A stretch of DNA of 64,000 bases from Candidatus Iainarchaeum sp. GTDB taxonomy: Archaea; B1Sed10-29; WALL01. The first letter of the stretch is position 1. Every line of letters starts with the position of its first letter. The notes beneath the pieces are model-generated. The model saw only the letters and a program-made list of their open reading frames with translations. It made no database searches and was not told the DNA's origin. Position numbers and translations under genes: made by a program. The stretch lies in the NCBI GenBank assembly GCA_016939415.1, contig JAFGGZ010000032.1, forward strand, positions 1,815 to 65,814, given 5' to 3'. Shown piece by piece: positions 45,005 through 54,979 of the stretch.

Positions 45005-46765
45005 TCATTTCACTGTGACTGACTTGGCAAGGTTCCTTGGCTTGTCTACGTCTGTGCCTTTCGCGACTGCTGTGTAGTACGCGAGGAGCTGGCACGGGAT
45101 GTTCGCCAGCAGGGGGTAGAATAGGTAGTCCACGTTCGGGATTTCGAGCCATGCGTCGAACAGCTCGTTGTTCTCGTCACTGATGCCTATGATGAATGCG
45201 CCGCGCGCTTTTGCTTCTGATGCGTTCGCGAGCGTTTCCCCGTACGTCTGGTCTTTCGGGCATATGACGATGACCGGCGTGCCTTTCTCTATGAGCGCGA
45301 GCGTGCCGTGCTTCAGCTCTCCTGCGGGCATGCCTTCGGCGTGCACGTAAGAGATCTCCTTCATCTTGAGCGCGCCTTCTGTTGCCACTGCGAAGTTCTC
45401 GCCGCGGGCGATGTAGTACGCGCTTTCCTTGTCCTTGAGCTTATCCGCCAGCGCACGTATCGCTGGCTCGGTGTTCTTTATCGTGTAATCGATGTGCAGC
45501 GGTATCTCCCTCAGCCTGTTGTAGCCGTCTTCGTACGCGTAGCCCATCGTGTATGCGAGCAGGTAGAACATGGTCACCTGCGCTGTGAATGCCTTGGTGC
45601 TCGCCACGGATATTTCAGGGCCGCAGTTCAGGTGCAGCGTGACGTCGCTCTCCCTGTCGAGGCTTGATCCGACGACGTTCACCAAGCTGATGACCTTGCA
45701 GCCTTTCTCTTTGCACATGCGCACTGGCCCGAGCACGTCCGCTGTCTCCCCGCTCTGGGACACGGCTATGATGAGCGTGTCCTTCCCGAGCTTGTCCACG
45801 AAGTACTGGAACTCGCTGGCGTTGTACACCTCGCAGTACTTCCCTGATATCTCTGATATCACGTACCTGCCCACGAGGGAGGCGTGCCTGCTCGTCCCGC
45901 AGGCGATGATGCACACTCTCGGGGCTTGGTGCACCCTGCGGGCGACCTGCTCGAGTTTCTTCTTGTCCTGCATCAGCGTGTGCAGAAGCTCTACTGGCTG
46001 TTCATGAATCTCTTTCAGCATGAAGTGGGCGTAGTTCCCTTTAGTGGCTTGCGTTATGTCCCAATCCACTGTACGCGTTTCTTTCTCGACTTTCTCTCCG
46101 GTGCTGGTGCTTATCACTTTTACCTCGGAGTTGGTGACCACCATCTCTCCATCGTCGAGGAACATCACCTTGTTCGTGTGCTCCAGGAAAGCGGGCACGT
46201 CGCTTGCAACGAATGTCTCCCCGTCCTTGAAGCCTATGACGAGCGGGCTCTCGTGCCGCACGCCTATGAGGAGTGGCGAGTCCTTGCTGATCGCCAGGAA
46301 TGCGTAAGATCCTTTGAGCTTGAGGGCTGCGTGCCGCACTGCTTCCTCGAATCCCCTGCCTTGCTCTTCTTCGATGAGGTGGGCTATGACTTCTGAGTCG
46401 CACTCGCTCTTGAAGGTGTGTCCTTTGCTTTCGAGTTCGCGGCGCAGCTCTTTGTGGTTCTCGATGATGCCATTGTGCACGATTGCTATCCCTCCATCGC
46501 AGGAGGTGTGTGGGTGGGCGTTTTCTTGCGTGACGCCGCCGTGAGTGGCCCAGCGGGAGTGGCTTATGGCAATTGTTGAGTCGACACCCTCCAGTGCTTC
46601 GGGCACTGATTGTATCCTGCCGACTGTTTTGGCTATTTGCATGCCTTGGTCGTCGACTGTGGCGATGCCCCAGGAATCGTATCCCCTGTACTCAAGGCGC
46701 TTGATCCCTTGGAACACTATGTCTATGGCATTCTTGTCGCCCTTGTAGCCGATAATGCCGCACAT
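45005..46765 (-). CDS. glmS: glutamine--fructose-6-phosphate aminotransferase (isomerizing) GlmS
   Basis: MCGIIGY carries the N-terminal nucleophile Cys. A class II glutamine amidotransferase domain is followed by two SIS domains, ending ...KSVTVK. 586 aa. Confidence 0.95.
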   Translation of the reverse strand: MCGIIGYKGDKNAIDIVFQGIKRLEYRGYDSWGIATVDDQGMQIAKTVGRIQSVPEALEGVDSTIAISHSRWATHGGVTQENAHPHTSCDGGIAIVHNGIIENHKELRRELESKGHTFKSECDSEVIAHLIEEEQGRGFEEAVRHAALKLKGSYAFLAISKDSPLLIGVRHESPLVIGFKDGETFVASDVPAFLEHTNKVMFLDDGEMVVTNSEVKVISTSTGEKVEKETRTVDWDITQATKGNYAHFMLKEIHEQPVELLHTLMQDKKKLEQVARRVHQAPRVCIIACGTSRHASLVGRYVISEISGKYCEVYNASEFQYFVDKLGKDTLIIAVSQSGETADVLGPVRMCKEKGCKVISLVNVVGSSLDRESDVTLHLNCGPEISVASTKAFTAQVTMFYLLAYTMGYAYEDGYNRLREIPLHIDYTIKNTEPAIRALADKLKDKESAYYIARGENFAVATEGALKMKEISYVHAEGMPAGELKHGTLALIEKGTPVIVICPKDQTYGETLANASEAKARGAFIIGISDENNELFDAWLEIPNVDYLFYPLLANIPCQLLAYYTAVAKGTDVDKPRNLAKSVTVK

Positions 46766-46810
46766 GTACAGACCCTAGGATAGGCAGTGTTTAAAAGAGT
46801 GCTGCCGGTT

Positions 46811-47053
46811 TCAGTCCTTCTTCTCGTCCTTATCCTTTCCCCTGCGCCTGCTTTCCACGAAGTCTGAAATCAGCTTGTATACGAGCAGCAGGCCAAAAGC
46901 GTATATGGGGTACCAGAACATGGATGATTTGGCGTAGTATGCTCCGTAGAACTGGCCGACTATGAATGTGATAAGCAGCACGCCGACGACTGCTGTGAAG
47001 AAGTCTTCTATTGTGTCGTATATGTCGTCAACAATCTTCTTTACAATGGCCAT
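46811..47053 (-). CDS. small hypothetical membrane protein
   Basis: Two TM helices are present (VVGVLLITFIVGQFYGAYYA and WYPIYAFGLLLVYKLI). The tail is basic. Start taken at MAIVKK to avoid overlapping the divergent gene. Confidence 0.35.
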   Translation of the reverse strand: MAIVKKIVDDIYDTIEDFFTAVVGVLLITFIVGQFYGAYYAKSSMFWYPIYAFGLLLVYKLISDFVESRRRGKDKDEKKD

Positions 47054-47107
47054 GCAAAAATTATGAGGAAGGGGGTTTTTAAGCTTTCGGTCCACAATTA
47101 TTTTCAC

Positions 47108-47608
47108 ATGATCGTAATCTCCGGCACGCCAGGCACGGGAAAGACGCAGGTAGCCCGCCTGGTGGCAAAATCGTTGGGCTTGCCGCTCCTTGATGTGACA
47201 AGGCTCGTGCGCGAGGAACGCTTATTCACTTCCAGAGAGAATGGAGTGCTCGTCGTTGACATGCCTGCGCTGGGGAAGCGCCTGCGCGGCTTTTCCGGCC
47301 TCGCTGAAGGGCACGTGCTCTGCGAGCTGAAGCTGCCAGCCCGCTGTGTTGTACTCCGCACTGATCCGCGCGTGCTGGAGGCTCGATTGAAACGCAGGAA
47401 GTACAGGAAGCAGAAGATACTCGACAATGTCGAGTCCGAGGCCTTGGACTACTGTCTCATCTATGCGAGGGAGAATTACCGCGACGTCTTGCAGGTGGAT
47501 ACCACACGCCGTACTGCAGAACAGACTGCTAGGCGCGTGCTTCGCGTGCTGGATGGGAAGGCCGTCAGCGACAAAGTGGATTGGACCGATTGGATCCTCA
47601 ATCACTGA
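47108..47608 (+). CDS. Fap7/AK6-like P-loop NTPase (putative archaeal adenylate kinase isoenzyme 6 homologue)
   Basis: The P-loop is MIVISGTPGTGKTQVARLV. The ~165-aa size and overall pattern match archaeal Fap7-type kinases. Confidence 0.65.
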   Translation: MIVISGTPGTGKTQVARLVAKSLGLPLLDVTRLVREERLFTSRENGVLVVDMPALGKRLRGFSGLAEGHVLCELKLPARCVVLRTDPRVLEARLKRRKYRKQKILDNVESEALDYCLIYARENYRDVLQVDTTRRTAEQTARRVLRVLDGKAVSDKVDWTDWILNH

Positions 47609-50600
47609 TTTGCCTGCTTATCACGCGCTTCAGCGGCTTGTCCTCTTTTTTTCGCATGCGCCACGCCACGAGCGCTGCAGCCATGGGCAGCAGAACCAGC
47701 GGCGTCCACTCCAGCGAGACCATCCCCGTCGCCGCGCTCTTCCTGAGGGCGGTGCGGGAGTGCGCGTATTTCGCGTAGATGAATGCCTTGTTGTACTCTT
47801 CTGCGTTGTACGACTCTGATGCCTTGCTTAGGATGTCTGCCATTGAGTAATCTTCTGTCTCGTCCATGATTGTTTTCGCTGCGTCGTACTCTTCCCAGGC
47901 TTTCTCAGCCAGTGATGATATCGTGGAGTCTATCCTTTGCTTGGCGTTTTCCACGCGCCTCTCCAAATCCTCTATCTCCTGCACTGTTTCTGCCTTGAGT
48001 TCCTGCGACAACAGTCTCTCGCAATCCCTCTCGCTCATGCTTACGGGAATGATGACGTCCAGCTCGGTGTCTGTGGAGCAGGCTTTCAGCAGTCTCTCCT
48101 CATCTGCATCCAGGGATATTGATGATAATCGCTGCGCCACATCCTCGCGCTCGGATTGCATCAGGCCCCTGATCTCTTTCGCGAGCTGCTCTGTTTCCTC
48201 GGCGTTCTCCAAAAAGCAGGCGTAATCCTCTTTCCTGAAGCATGATTCAGCCAGCTCGTATGCCGAGAGCATTGCTGTTGCGTCCGCTCGCATGCTCTTG
48301 GCTTCTTTCGCAATGGCATCCACTTCCTTGCTCAGCGTTGCTTTCCTGTCCTTCAGAGCCCGCTCGACTCCGGCGGACTTTACGCTGCTGGCGGCTTCTG
48401 AGAAAAGTGTTGTGGCTGCGCTGAACTCCCCCGCGTTCTTGAGCGCGCTGGCTTCGGCAGCAAGCGCTTCAGCTCTGGAAACATCTTTCCCTAGGATGCC
48501 GGCTGCTTCCATAAAGCGCGATGCCTGCAGGTACTCTTCTTCTCTGGCTGATGCCTTGGTCATTTCCAGGAGTGTCTTGGCAAGCTCTGTTCGCAGGCGC
48601 TTCGCTTCCTCCATCAGCGTCGGGGCTTCCAGCAGGATCGTGCCCGCGTCCTTCGATCGCAATGCCCCGGCCTTCCTGCGCAGGGCTTCGGCGTCCTCTC
48701 CTGCCAGCGGCATCAGCAGCCTGTCGAGTTCTTCCAGCGCCTCGGCTGAGTCCTCTTCATCGCTTCCTGCAGTGAACTCCATGCCGAACCCGGTGCACGC
48801 CACGCCTTTCACGAGCACTGTTTTTTCCGACAGGCGTTCCACGCGCCCGGAACTCGTTTTTACCTGGCCTTTTGGCGTGAAGGGGAGGTCTATTATCACA
48901 GAAACGTTGTCCCATCCGCAGTTCATGCGGACGGGCACCCAGCAGTCGTAGCCACTCCGCAGGACGGGCGCGTCCACTGCTACAGGGATCGTGAACACTG
49001 CTTCAACCAGGTTATCTCCTTTCTCGAGCTGCTTCCTGACCTCACCGGTCGAGAACGCTATCATGCCTTCTGTGTCTGCCAGTGAGCTGACGGTCCGACG
49101 GCTTTTCACAGTCGCGACACTGTCTCGTATCCATACGCTGCGTTCTTCTGGCCCGCATTCCAGTGCCACGACCATCAGCTCTTCTTCCCATTCCATTGTC
49201 GAGAATGGCTCGACAGCAGAACCGTACGCTGCCACCGGCAGGGGTGTTGGGTTGAACACTGCATGCCATTCAACGCAGCCCACTTCTTTCCCGCATTCCG
49301 GCGCTTCCGTGAATGAGTATGTTGTGCGTTCCTCGAGCCTGGATCCTGCGTCGAATGCGTCAATGATCTTTGCGTAATGCGCTTTCATGATCTTTAGTTG
49401 TCCGATGGCAGCTTCGTAGTCCAAGCCGTTTTCGAACACTCCACCGAACTCTGCGTCATATCCCGTGATTGCGAGTGCCTGCTCCCTCAGCAGGGGTATG
49501 CTGGCGTACTCTCTCCTGGCCCGCTCCACCAGCCGCTCCCTCAACTGTCCTGCCTCTTCTGCTGCGAGAGCGATTTCTGCGGGCATTTCCGATGCCAGTC
49601 TCTGGTCAAGGAATGCCAGTTCCTCTTTTTCCTGCCGCGTGTCCATGTCTTTGCCTGCCCTGTCTAGGAGCGCTCTTGTCTTTGCCAGTTCTTTTTCAGC
49701 GTCTTTCCCGAGGAAGGCATCGGCTTCCATATCGATTAGGCGCTTGGCTTCTGCGTAATTTTTTATGCTACTCCCCGCGTTCCCTGTCGGTGCGCACAGC
49801 CGTTTCACGCGTCCCGCGATTAGCGCTGTTGCGGACGCATCGTGGTTTTCGCACCATGCTGCTCCCAGCGATTCCAGCTCGAGAAGCTCTTGCCTAGCCC
49901 TCTTCGCCTCTTCCCTCAGGTGCGTTGCCTGCGATGAAATTGATTCAAGGAGCAGCGTTGACTCGACGACGTAATCATTGCCCTTCGTTTCCATAATCCA
50001 CTCCGCCTTCTTTGTCAGGCCGCTCAGTCTGTTCACCTCATCCTCCATGAATTCTTTTGTTTCTCGCGGCGTCTTCCTCGCTGCAGTGAAGTGCTTGTCT
50101 TCGAGCGACGCGATGTCCCGCTCAGTGACAAGTTCAACTCCCATGCCCGCAAGTTCGTCTGCCTCCTGTTTGGTAATGGATAGCGCGTTATCCGCTGTTT
50201 CCACGGCTTCTGCTTGGCTGGCTTTCATCTGCTCCTTGGCGCGCATGAGTCTCTGCTTCATGCCCGCGATTTTCTGGAGTGCGGTGCCGTCCCTGTTTGC
50301 GTGCAGCAAGGCGTTGTAGTGCGTTGAGTAATCATTCGGTGCCTGCAGGATCTTCACGTAGTCGTGGTTGAGTACATAGCTTATGATGGATGCATCGACA
50401 GGCATGTCAGATATGTCCATCCTCACCGACCCTTCCACATACACGTGCCCGTATTTCTGCATCGCTGACAAGAATGGCTGCAGTCCGCTGGTTGTCGGTT
50501 CCTCTAATTCCCGCGCCGTGCCAGCGAACGCGTCATGCGACTCGCTCACGCACTCGGTGCGGTCCGCGCCCATGCGGTCGAGTTCTTCCAAGTCGTTTTT

Positions 50601-51056
50601 CAGCTTGTTCCAGGCACTCTGTCCCGCGTGCACTGCCTCCTGATTCCCTGCTGCAAGGTGGCTGACCATCGATCGCACCCCGCTCACGCATTGCAGGGCG
50701 TTGAACGCGCTGCACATCGAGGGCTTTTCTTTCTCTGCCTGCAGCAGGTGCGTCCACGCGCTCTTTATGTGCTGCTCGGTGTCTTCCATGTCATCGTACC
50801 CATAGTCCAGGTAGGTCTTTATGCGCTGCTCTGGCTCGCGGGCGTAGCCGTAATCGCTAATCCGATAATACTGCAGCAGGACGTTGGCGCTGACCACGTC
50901 TTCGATGAGGTGGCCGTCACTGATCATGGCCGCGATGCTGTTGACTGAGCTGACTGCGATGCTCACAGTACTCACGGCCACGCTGAGTTCAGCCGGGATG
51001 CTGAGCGCCATCGCGTCCGCTACCAGCAGTACCACTATCATCCTCTCCCATCTCAT
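47598..51056 (-). CDS. giant (~1150 aa) acidic coiled-coil surface protein with signal peptide and C-terminal TM anchor
   Basis: Start set at MRWERMIVVLLVADAMALS, an N-terminal signal peptide or TM. The body is very rich in E, A, L and K heptad segments. The C-terminus WTPLVLLPMAAALVAW is a TM helix followed by RMRKK. No enzymatic motif was seen. The ATG-defined ORF extends to 51203. Confidence 0.5.
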   Translation of the reverse strand: MRWERMIVVLLVADAMALSIPAELSVAVSTVSIAVSSVNSIAAMISDGHLIEDVVSANVLLQYYRISDYGYAREPEQRIKTYLDYGYDDMEDTEQHIKSAWTHLLQAEKEKPSMCSAFNALQCVSGVRSMVSHLAAGNQEAVHAGQSAWNKLKNDLEELDRMGADRTECVSESHDAFAGTARELEEPTTSGLQPFLSAMQKYGHVYVEGSVRMDISDMPVDASIISYVLNHDYVKILQAPNDYSTHYNALLHANRDGTALQKIAGMKQRLMRAKEQMKASQAEAVETADNALSITKQEADELAGMGVELVTERDIASLEDKHFTAARKTPRETKEFMEDEVNRLSGLTKKAEWIMETKGNDYVVESTLLLESISSQATHLREEAKRARQELLELESLGAAWCENHDASATALIAGRVKRLCAPTGNAGSSIKNYAEAKRLIDMEADAFLGKDAEKELAKTRALLDRAGKDMDTRQEKEELAFLDQRLASEMPAEIALAAEEAGQLRERLVERARREYASIPLLREQALAITGYDAEFGGVFENGLDYEAAIGQLKIMKAHYAKIIDAFDAGSRLEERTTYSFTEAPECGKEVGCVEWHAVFNPTPLPVAAYGSAVEPFSTMEWEEELMVVALECGPEERSVWIRDSVATVKSRRTVSSLADTEGMIAFSTGEVRKQLEKGDNLVEAVFTIPVAVDAPVLRSGYDCWVPVRMNCGWDNVSVIIDLPFTPKGQVKTSSGRVERLSEKTVLVKGVACTGFGMEFTAGSDEEDSAEALEELDRLLMPLAGEDAEALRRKAGALRSKDAGTILLEAPTLMEEAKRLRTELAKTLLEMTKASAREEEYLQASRFMEAAGILGKDVSRAEALAAEASALKNAGEFSAATTLFSEAASSVKSAGVERALKDRKATLSKEVDAIAKEAKSMRADATAMLSAYELAESCFRKEDYACFLENAEETEQLAKEIRGLMQSEREDVAQRLSSISLDADEERLLKACSTDTELDVIIPVSMSERDCERLLSQELKAETVQEIEDLERRVENAKQRIDSTISSLAEKAWEEYDAAKTIMDETEDYSMADILSKASESYNAEEYNKAFIYAKYAHSRTALRKSAATGMVSLEWTPLVLLPMAAALVAWRMRKKEDKPLKRVISRQISD

Positions 51057-51091
51057 GGAATCTCCCCCGCATGCTTTTTGTGTGCTGCCTG

Positions 51092-51961
51092 TTAAATGCT
51101 TTTCGCTGCGTTCTTGATTTCTTCTATACTGCGTGCCGCGCTTATCCTCCCCCGCAGCACAGGGCTTCCTGGGAATCCCTTTGCGAGGAAGAGGGCATGG
51201 CACTTCAAGTCGTTGAGAGAAATCTCGCCAGTGCGCTCCGAGGTGGCTGCATACTCCTCGATGAGTCTGATCTTATCCTCCTTCGCTGTGCTTTCCATGC
51301 CGCTGAATACGCGCGGGTCCTCCAGCGCTGCGCGGCCGATCATTACGTGGTCGCACCCCGTCTCCCCGATCATGCGCTCCGCGTCATCCGAGGAGTGCAC
51401 GTCTCCGTTCCCTATGACCGGCACGCCCACTGAGTCCGCCACGCGCTTTATGACCTGCCAGTCCGCTTTCCCGGAGTATCCGTGCGTGGCGAGGCGTCCG
51501 TGCACCGCGATCATGCTGGCGCCCGCGCGCTCGCAGGCCTCGGCTGTCTCCACCGCGTTTTCCCTGTCCCAGCCGGCGCGTATCTTCACTGTGACAGGTA
51601 CTGTCGCGGCGTCTGTCATGGCCTCGACAATGCGCGCCAGTAGCGTGGGGTCCTTCATCAGGTCAGCGCCCATACCATTGCCTGCGACTTTCGGCACTGG
51701 GCATCCTGCGTTCAGGTCTATGAGCACTGGGTTGTATTGCTCTGCCCATCGCACTGCCTCAACGAGCCGTTCAGGCAGGTTGCCGAACAATTGGATGGAG
51801 AGCGGGCCCTCTTCTTCGCTTGTGAGTATGTCGCGCTGCTGGCCGAAGTGCACTGCGTTCGCACTCATCATCTCGGTGCTCACGACATCGGCCCCGTGCT
51901 TCCTGCACATGATCCTGAACGCGAGCGAGTTATACCCGGCCATGGGCGCAAGGAAAAGCAT
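51092..51961 (-). CDS. dus: tRNA-dihydrouridine synthase (Dus family)
   Basis: LAPMAGY plus a TIM-barrel FMN-binding pattern (IDLNAGCP, the catalytic Cys, and KIR). 289 aa. Confidence 0.85.
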   Translation of the reverse strand: MLFLAPMAGYNSLAFRIMCRKHGADVVSTEMMSANAVHFGQQRDILTSEEEGPLSIQLFGNLPERLVEAVRWAEQYNPVLIDLNAGCPVPKVAGNGMGADLMKDPTLLARIVEAMTDAATVPVTVKIRAGWDRENAVETAEACERAGASMIAVHGRLATHGYSGKADWQVIKRVADSVGVPVIGNGDVHSSDDAERMIGETGCDHVMIGRAALEDPRVFSGMESTAKEDKIRLIEEYAATSERTGEISLNDLKCHALFLAKGFPGSPVLRGRISAARSIEEIKNAAKSI

Positions 51962-52135
51962 GCGTTCTTGTCTTGTTTGTTCGTTAATAACCGTATCTAT
52001 ACCATACGTGATTTCAAGGTATCGGAAGCGCAGGGTCTTGCGGGCCGCGTGGTCACTGTGGATTTCTTGTCTGTTTGCTATGAAACTTTCTGGGGTAGGA
52101 GTCTTGTCGTGATGCTATTGAACCCGAGCGTCAGG

Positions 52136-52900
52136 TCACTTGGCCGCGCGTGATTCCTCCCATTTCTTCAGCGCTTTCGGCAGTGCGTCAACAACGTCGC
52201 TTGCAGTGAAGTGGTCGCCCAGCTTCTTTTTGCATATGTCCCCTGCAGTGCCGTTCACCCATGCTGCGGCGCAGGCCGCGTTGTACAGCGGAAGGCCTTT
52301 GCACAGGAACCCCGCCACGACGCCCGCCAGGATGTCTCCGGTTCCGCCGCGCGTCATGCCCGCGTTGCCTGTCTTGTTCAGGGTAATGCGTTTGCCGTCA
52401 CTGATTTCATCAACCTGTCCCTTCCTGAGGATGATGAGGTCTTTTCTTGCAGCGCTCTTCACAGCAGCTTTCCCGAACAGACGCTCGAACTCCCGCTCGT
52501 GCGGCGTAATGACTGCGTTCGTCGTTTTCTTGGGGTTGATGAACTTCAGCGCGTCCGCGTCGATTACCTTCGGCTTTTTCGTCGTCACCAGCTCATTCAC
52601 TGCCCGCGCTGTTTCTTTGTCCGCCCCCAGTCCCGGACCGATGATCATGACGTCGAAGTCAATGCCCAATATCTCTTTGACGTGCATTGGCGCGAGATGG
52701 CTTCCGTAGAGTTTCTTGGTGATGACGTCCGGCACCAGCCGGTTCATGGCATAAGCTGCCTTTTCCGGGGCCGCTATGACCACGATGTCTGCCCACGTCA
52801 CGAGGGCGGCCATGGCAGAGAATACCGGCGCCCCCACGTAGTCCTCGCTTCCGCCGACGATGAGTATCCGGCCGTTCTGTCCTTTGTGTTGTTTGCGCAT
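52136..52900 (-). CDS. nnrD: ADP-dependent (S)-NAD(P)H-hydrate dehydratase (YjeF C-terminal domain, Nnr2)
   Basis: HKGQNGRILIVGGS...GAP is followed by the GGTGDILAG signature of YjeF_C and carbohydrate kinase domains. Confidence 0.85.
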   Translation of the reverse strand: MRKQHKGQNGRILIVGGSEDYVGAPVFSAMAALVTWADIVVIAAPEKAAYAMNRLVPDVITKKLYGSHLAPMHVKEILGIDFDVMIIGPGLGADKETARAVNELVTTKKPKVIDADALKFINPKKTTNAVITPHEREFERLFGKAAVKSAARKDLIILRKGQVDEISDGKRITLNKTGNAGMTRGGTGDILAGVVAGFLCKGLPLYNAACAAAWVNGTAGDICKKKLGDHFTASDVVDALPKALKKWEESRAAK

Positions 52901-52974
52901 GAATCAGAACACGCTTTATGGGAATAAAAGCCTTCGCGCAAATACTTTTATACACAGTTTCTCTGAATTCACAC

Positions 52975-53862
52975 ATGGCCTGCCTAAAGTGCCCAGAGCC
53001 CGTGTATGCGTCAGGCATGTGCGCCGCGCATTTCAGCCAATACTTCGAGAAGAAGGTCTCAAAGACAATAAAGCGGTTCTCATTGTTCGGGAAAGGCGAT
53101 GTCGTGGGCGTCGCTGCCAGCGGGGGCAAGGACTCGACCGCGTGCCTACATATCCTGAAAAAGCTGGGATACGATGTCACCGCGCTCACAGTGGACGCGC
53201 AAATCGGGTCTTACACAGAGGAAAACCTTGTTGCTCTCCGCTCGTTCTGCGAATCCATTGCCGTGCCTCTGCACGAGATCAGTTTCAAGGGCGAGTTCGG
53301 CTACTCTCTGAACGAGGTAACCAGCGTGCTGAAGTCGAAGGGCAACAGTACGTCTTCGTGCTTGGTGTGCGGCGTGCTGCGCAGGTACCTGCTCAACAAG
53401 CTGGCCAAGGAGCTGGGTCTTGACGTTGTCGCGACTGGCCACACAATGGATGACGAGGTGCAGGCCTTTCTCATGAACATCTTCCGCAATGATGCCCGGC
53501 TTGCGCTGCGCCAGGGCCCGGTCACCGGCGACTCTGATGCATCCGGGTTCGTGAAGCGCGTGAAACCGCTGTACTTGTGCACTGAAGCAGAGACTACAGC
53601 GTACTCCAAGCTGTGCGGGTTCCACGTGAAGTACGAGCGCTGCCCGTGCTCTGTGGATGCATACCGCCGGCAGTTCCGCGACTTCCTGGATGGCTTCGAG
53701 AAGCGCCATCCTTCGGTGAAGCACAACATAATGAGTTTCTATTTGGATAATGTCCTTCCGCTGAAGCCTCCGGTTGCATCGCCGGGGAAGTGCGTTAAGT
53801 GCGGCGAGCCGGCCAGCGATTCGTTGTGCAAGCGCTGCGAAATCCTCTCAATGCTCGGCTGA
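52975..53862 (+). CDS. PP-loop tRNA 2-thiolation ATPase (TtuA/Ncs6/TtcA family) with N- and C-terminal zinc fingers
   Basis: The N-terminal zinc finger is CLKCPEPVYASGMCAAH. The PP-loop is SGGKDS. The C-terminal CVKCGE...CKRCE completes the typical TtuA/Ncs6 architecture. The ATG-defined ORF opens at 52918. Confidence 0.8.
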   Translation: MACLKCPEPVYASGMCAAHFSQYFEKKVSKTIKRFSLFGKGDVVGVAASGGKDSTACLHILKKLGYDVTALTVDAQIGSYTEENLVALRSFCESIAVPLHEISFKGEFGYSLNEVTSVLKSKGNSTSSCLVCGVLRRYLLNKLAKELGLDVVATGHTMDDEVQAFLMNIFRNDARLALRQGPVTGDSDASGFVKRVKPLYLCTEAETTAYSKLCGFHVKYERCPCSVDAYRRQFRDFLDGFEKRHPSVKHNIMSFYLDNVLPLKPPVASPGKCVKCGEPASDSLCKRCEILSMLG

Positions 53863-53928
53863 GTGTTCAAAAAAGCATTTAATCTCCGGCAGTGTGCTCT
53901 GGAGCATAAACCGCGCGGAGGTACTTGC

Positions 53929-54123
53929 ATGGAGAAAAACATCGTTGACATGGTTGCCCTGGTGTTGGTTATCATCGGTGGCCTGAACTGGGGTTTGGTC
54001 GGCCTCATCAACCTGGACCTGGTTGAAACTCTTCTCGGGTCAATCCTTGTACTGGCCCAGATTGTTTACATCCTCGTTGGTTTGGCTGCCGTCTACATGA
54101 TCTACTATGTGGTCAAGAAGTAG
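53929..54123 (+). CDS. DUF378 family small membrane protein
   Basis: MEKNIVDMVALVLVIIGGLNWGLVGLINLDLVETLLG is the hallmark DUF378 GxLNWGLxG pattern. There are two TM helices. Confidence 0.85.
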   Translation: MEKNIVDMVALVLVIIGGLNWGLVGLINLDLVETLLGSILVLAQIVYILVGLAAVYMIYYVVKK

Positions 54124-54141
54124 GCCCGCTTCCTCTTTTTT

Positions 54142-54918
54142 TTATCCGTCGAAGAAGTCTGATCTGACGAGTTTCACGTCGCGTGCCTCTAGCCACAGCT
54201 CCATGTCTTCGAGGTAGCCGAACCAGTACACTACCATGCCCGGCCCCCATAGTTCTGTGTACGGCTTGAGTTGCTTCTCGTAGTCGCGTTTCATCTTGGA
54301 CATGTCGCCGAAGCTTGCTTTCGACTCTATCCAGTAGATCTTCTCGTGTGGCGCTCCGGTCTGGAATTCGACTTCCAGAGGCTCGTCCAGCAGGAAGTCC
54401 ACGGTCTTACCACCGTTCGACTTCAGGTCCGCCTCTTCCTTGAACGCGCGGCCGCGTGCCTCTAGCCAGGAGCGTATCTTGGCCTCGCCTTGCTTGCCTC
54501 GCTCTCTCTGGAGCTTGGCTCCCAGTTCCGAGTAGACCATGTCGCGTGCAGTGGCTTCCATGAGCTCTGCCTGGATGCGTTCGTTCTTGATGGCGTTCGG
54601 GTCCTTCAGTGCTTCGCGCGCCTGGCGCTTGGTGAAGCCGTTCTCGCGCATGAGGATGCTCGCCATCAGCATCGGCGAAAAGGCCAGGTCATCAGCAAGT
54701 TTCGTGAACGAGTCCCCGCCCCTCCACTTCTGGAGCAGTCGCTTGCTCTGGCCCGTGACCTTGTAGTAGCTGCGTTTTACGTTCCTGACGTGCTTCTCGG
54801 TGTACAGCACGAACAATAGCTCGCGCTCGTAACCAGCCTCAGACAGTTTCTCTACGTCTTCGTATGTATTCAGTTCTTTCCAGATCTGATTGTATTCTTC
54901 TATATTCATCTTATTCAC
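54142..54918 (-). CDS. hypothetical protein with N-terminal HTH-like modules and a C-terminal putative PD-(D/E)xK nuclease motif
   Basis: TVDFLLDEP...IYWIESKASFGD gives a D...(I)ExK arrangement, suggesting a restriction-endonuclease-like fold. Similarity to TPD/C15orf41-type proteins is only a guess. Confidence 0.35.
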   Translation of the reverse strand: MNKMNIEEYNQIWKELNTYEDVEKLSEAGYERELLFVLYTEKHVRNVKRSYYKVTGQSKRLLQKWRGGDSFTKLADDLAFSPMLMASILMRENGFTKRQAREALKDPNAIKNERIQAELMEATARDMVYSELGAKLQRERGKQGEAKIRSWLEARGRAFKEEADLKSNGGKTVDFLLDEPLEVEFQTGAPHEKIYWIESKASFGDMSKMKRDYEKQLKPYTELWGPGMVVYWFGYLEDMELWLEARDVKLVRSDFFDG

Positions 54919-54979
54919 TTTGCAATAATTCTAACAGAAACAGCAAACCTATATATGCGGGCAACCCTTTAAAAAGCTT

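Noticed and set aside
48292-50319. Multiple 80–220-aa plus-strand ORFs inside the giant coiled-coil gene
   Set aside because: All are antisense and Ser/Ala/Leu-rich, and the minus-strand frame is continuous for 1150 codons.
51096-52112. 338-aa plus-strand ORF antisense to dus
   Set aside because: It is antisense to a conserved Dus gene with a Ser/Ala/Arg-rich artefactual translation.
51962-52135. Possible C/D-box sRNA in the dus–nnrD spacer (gtgatgc ... ctga-like elements)
   Set aside because: The box matches are imperfect (tgatgc rather than tgatga), and no guide complementarity could be assessed by eye. It is left as unsupported.
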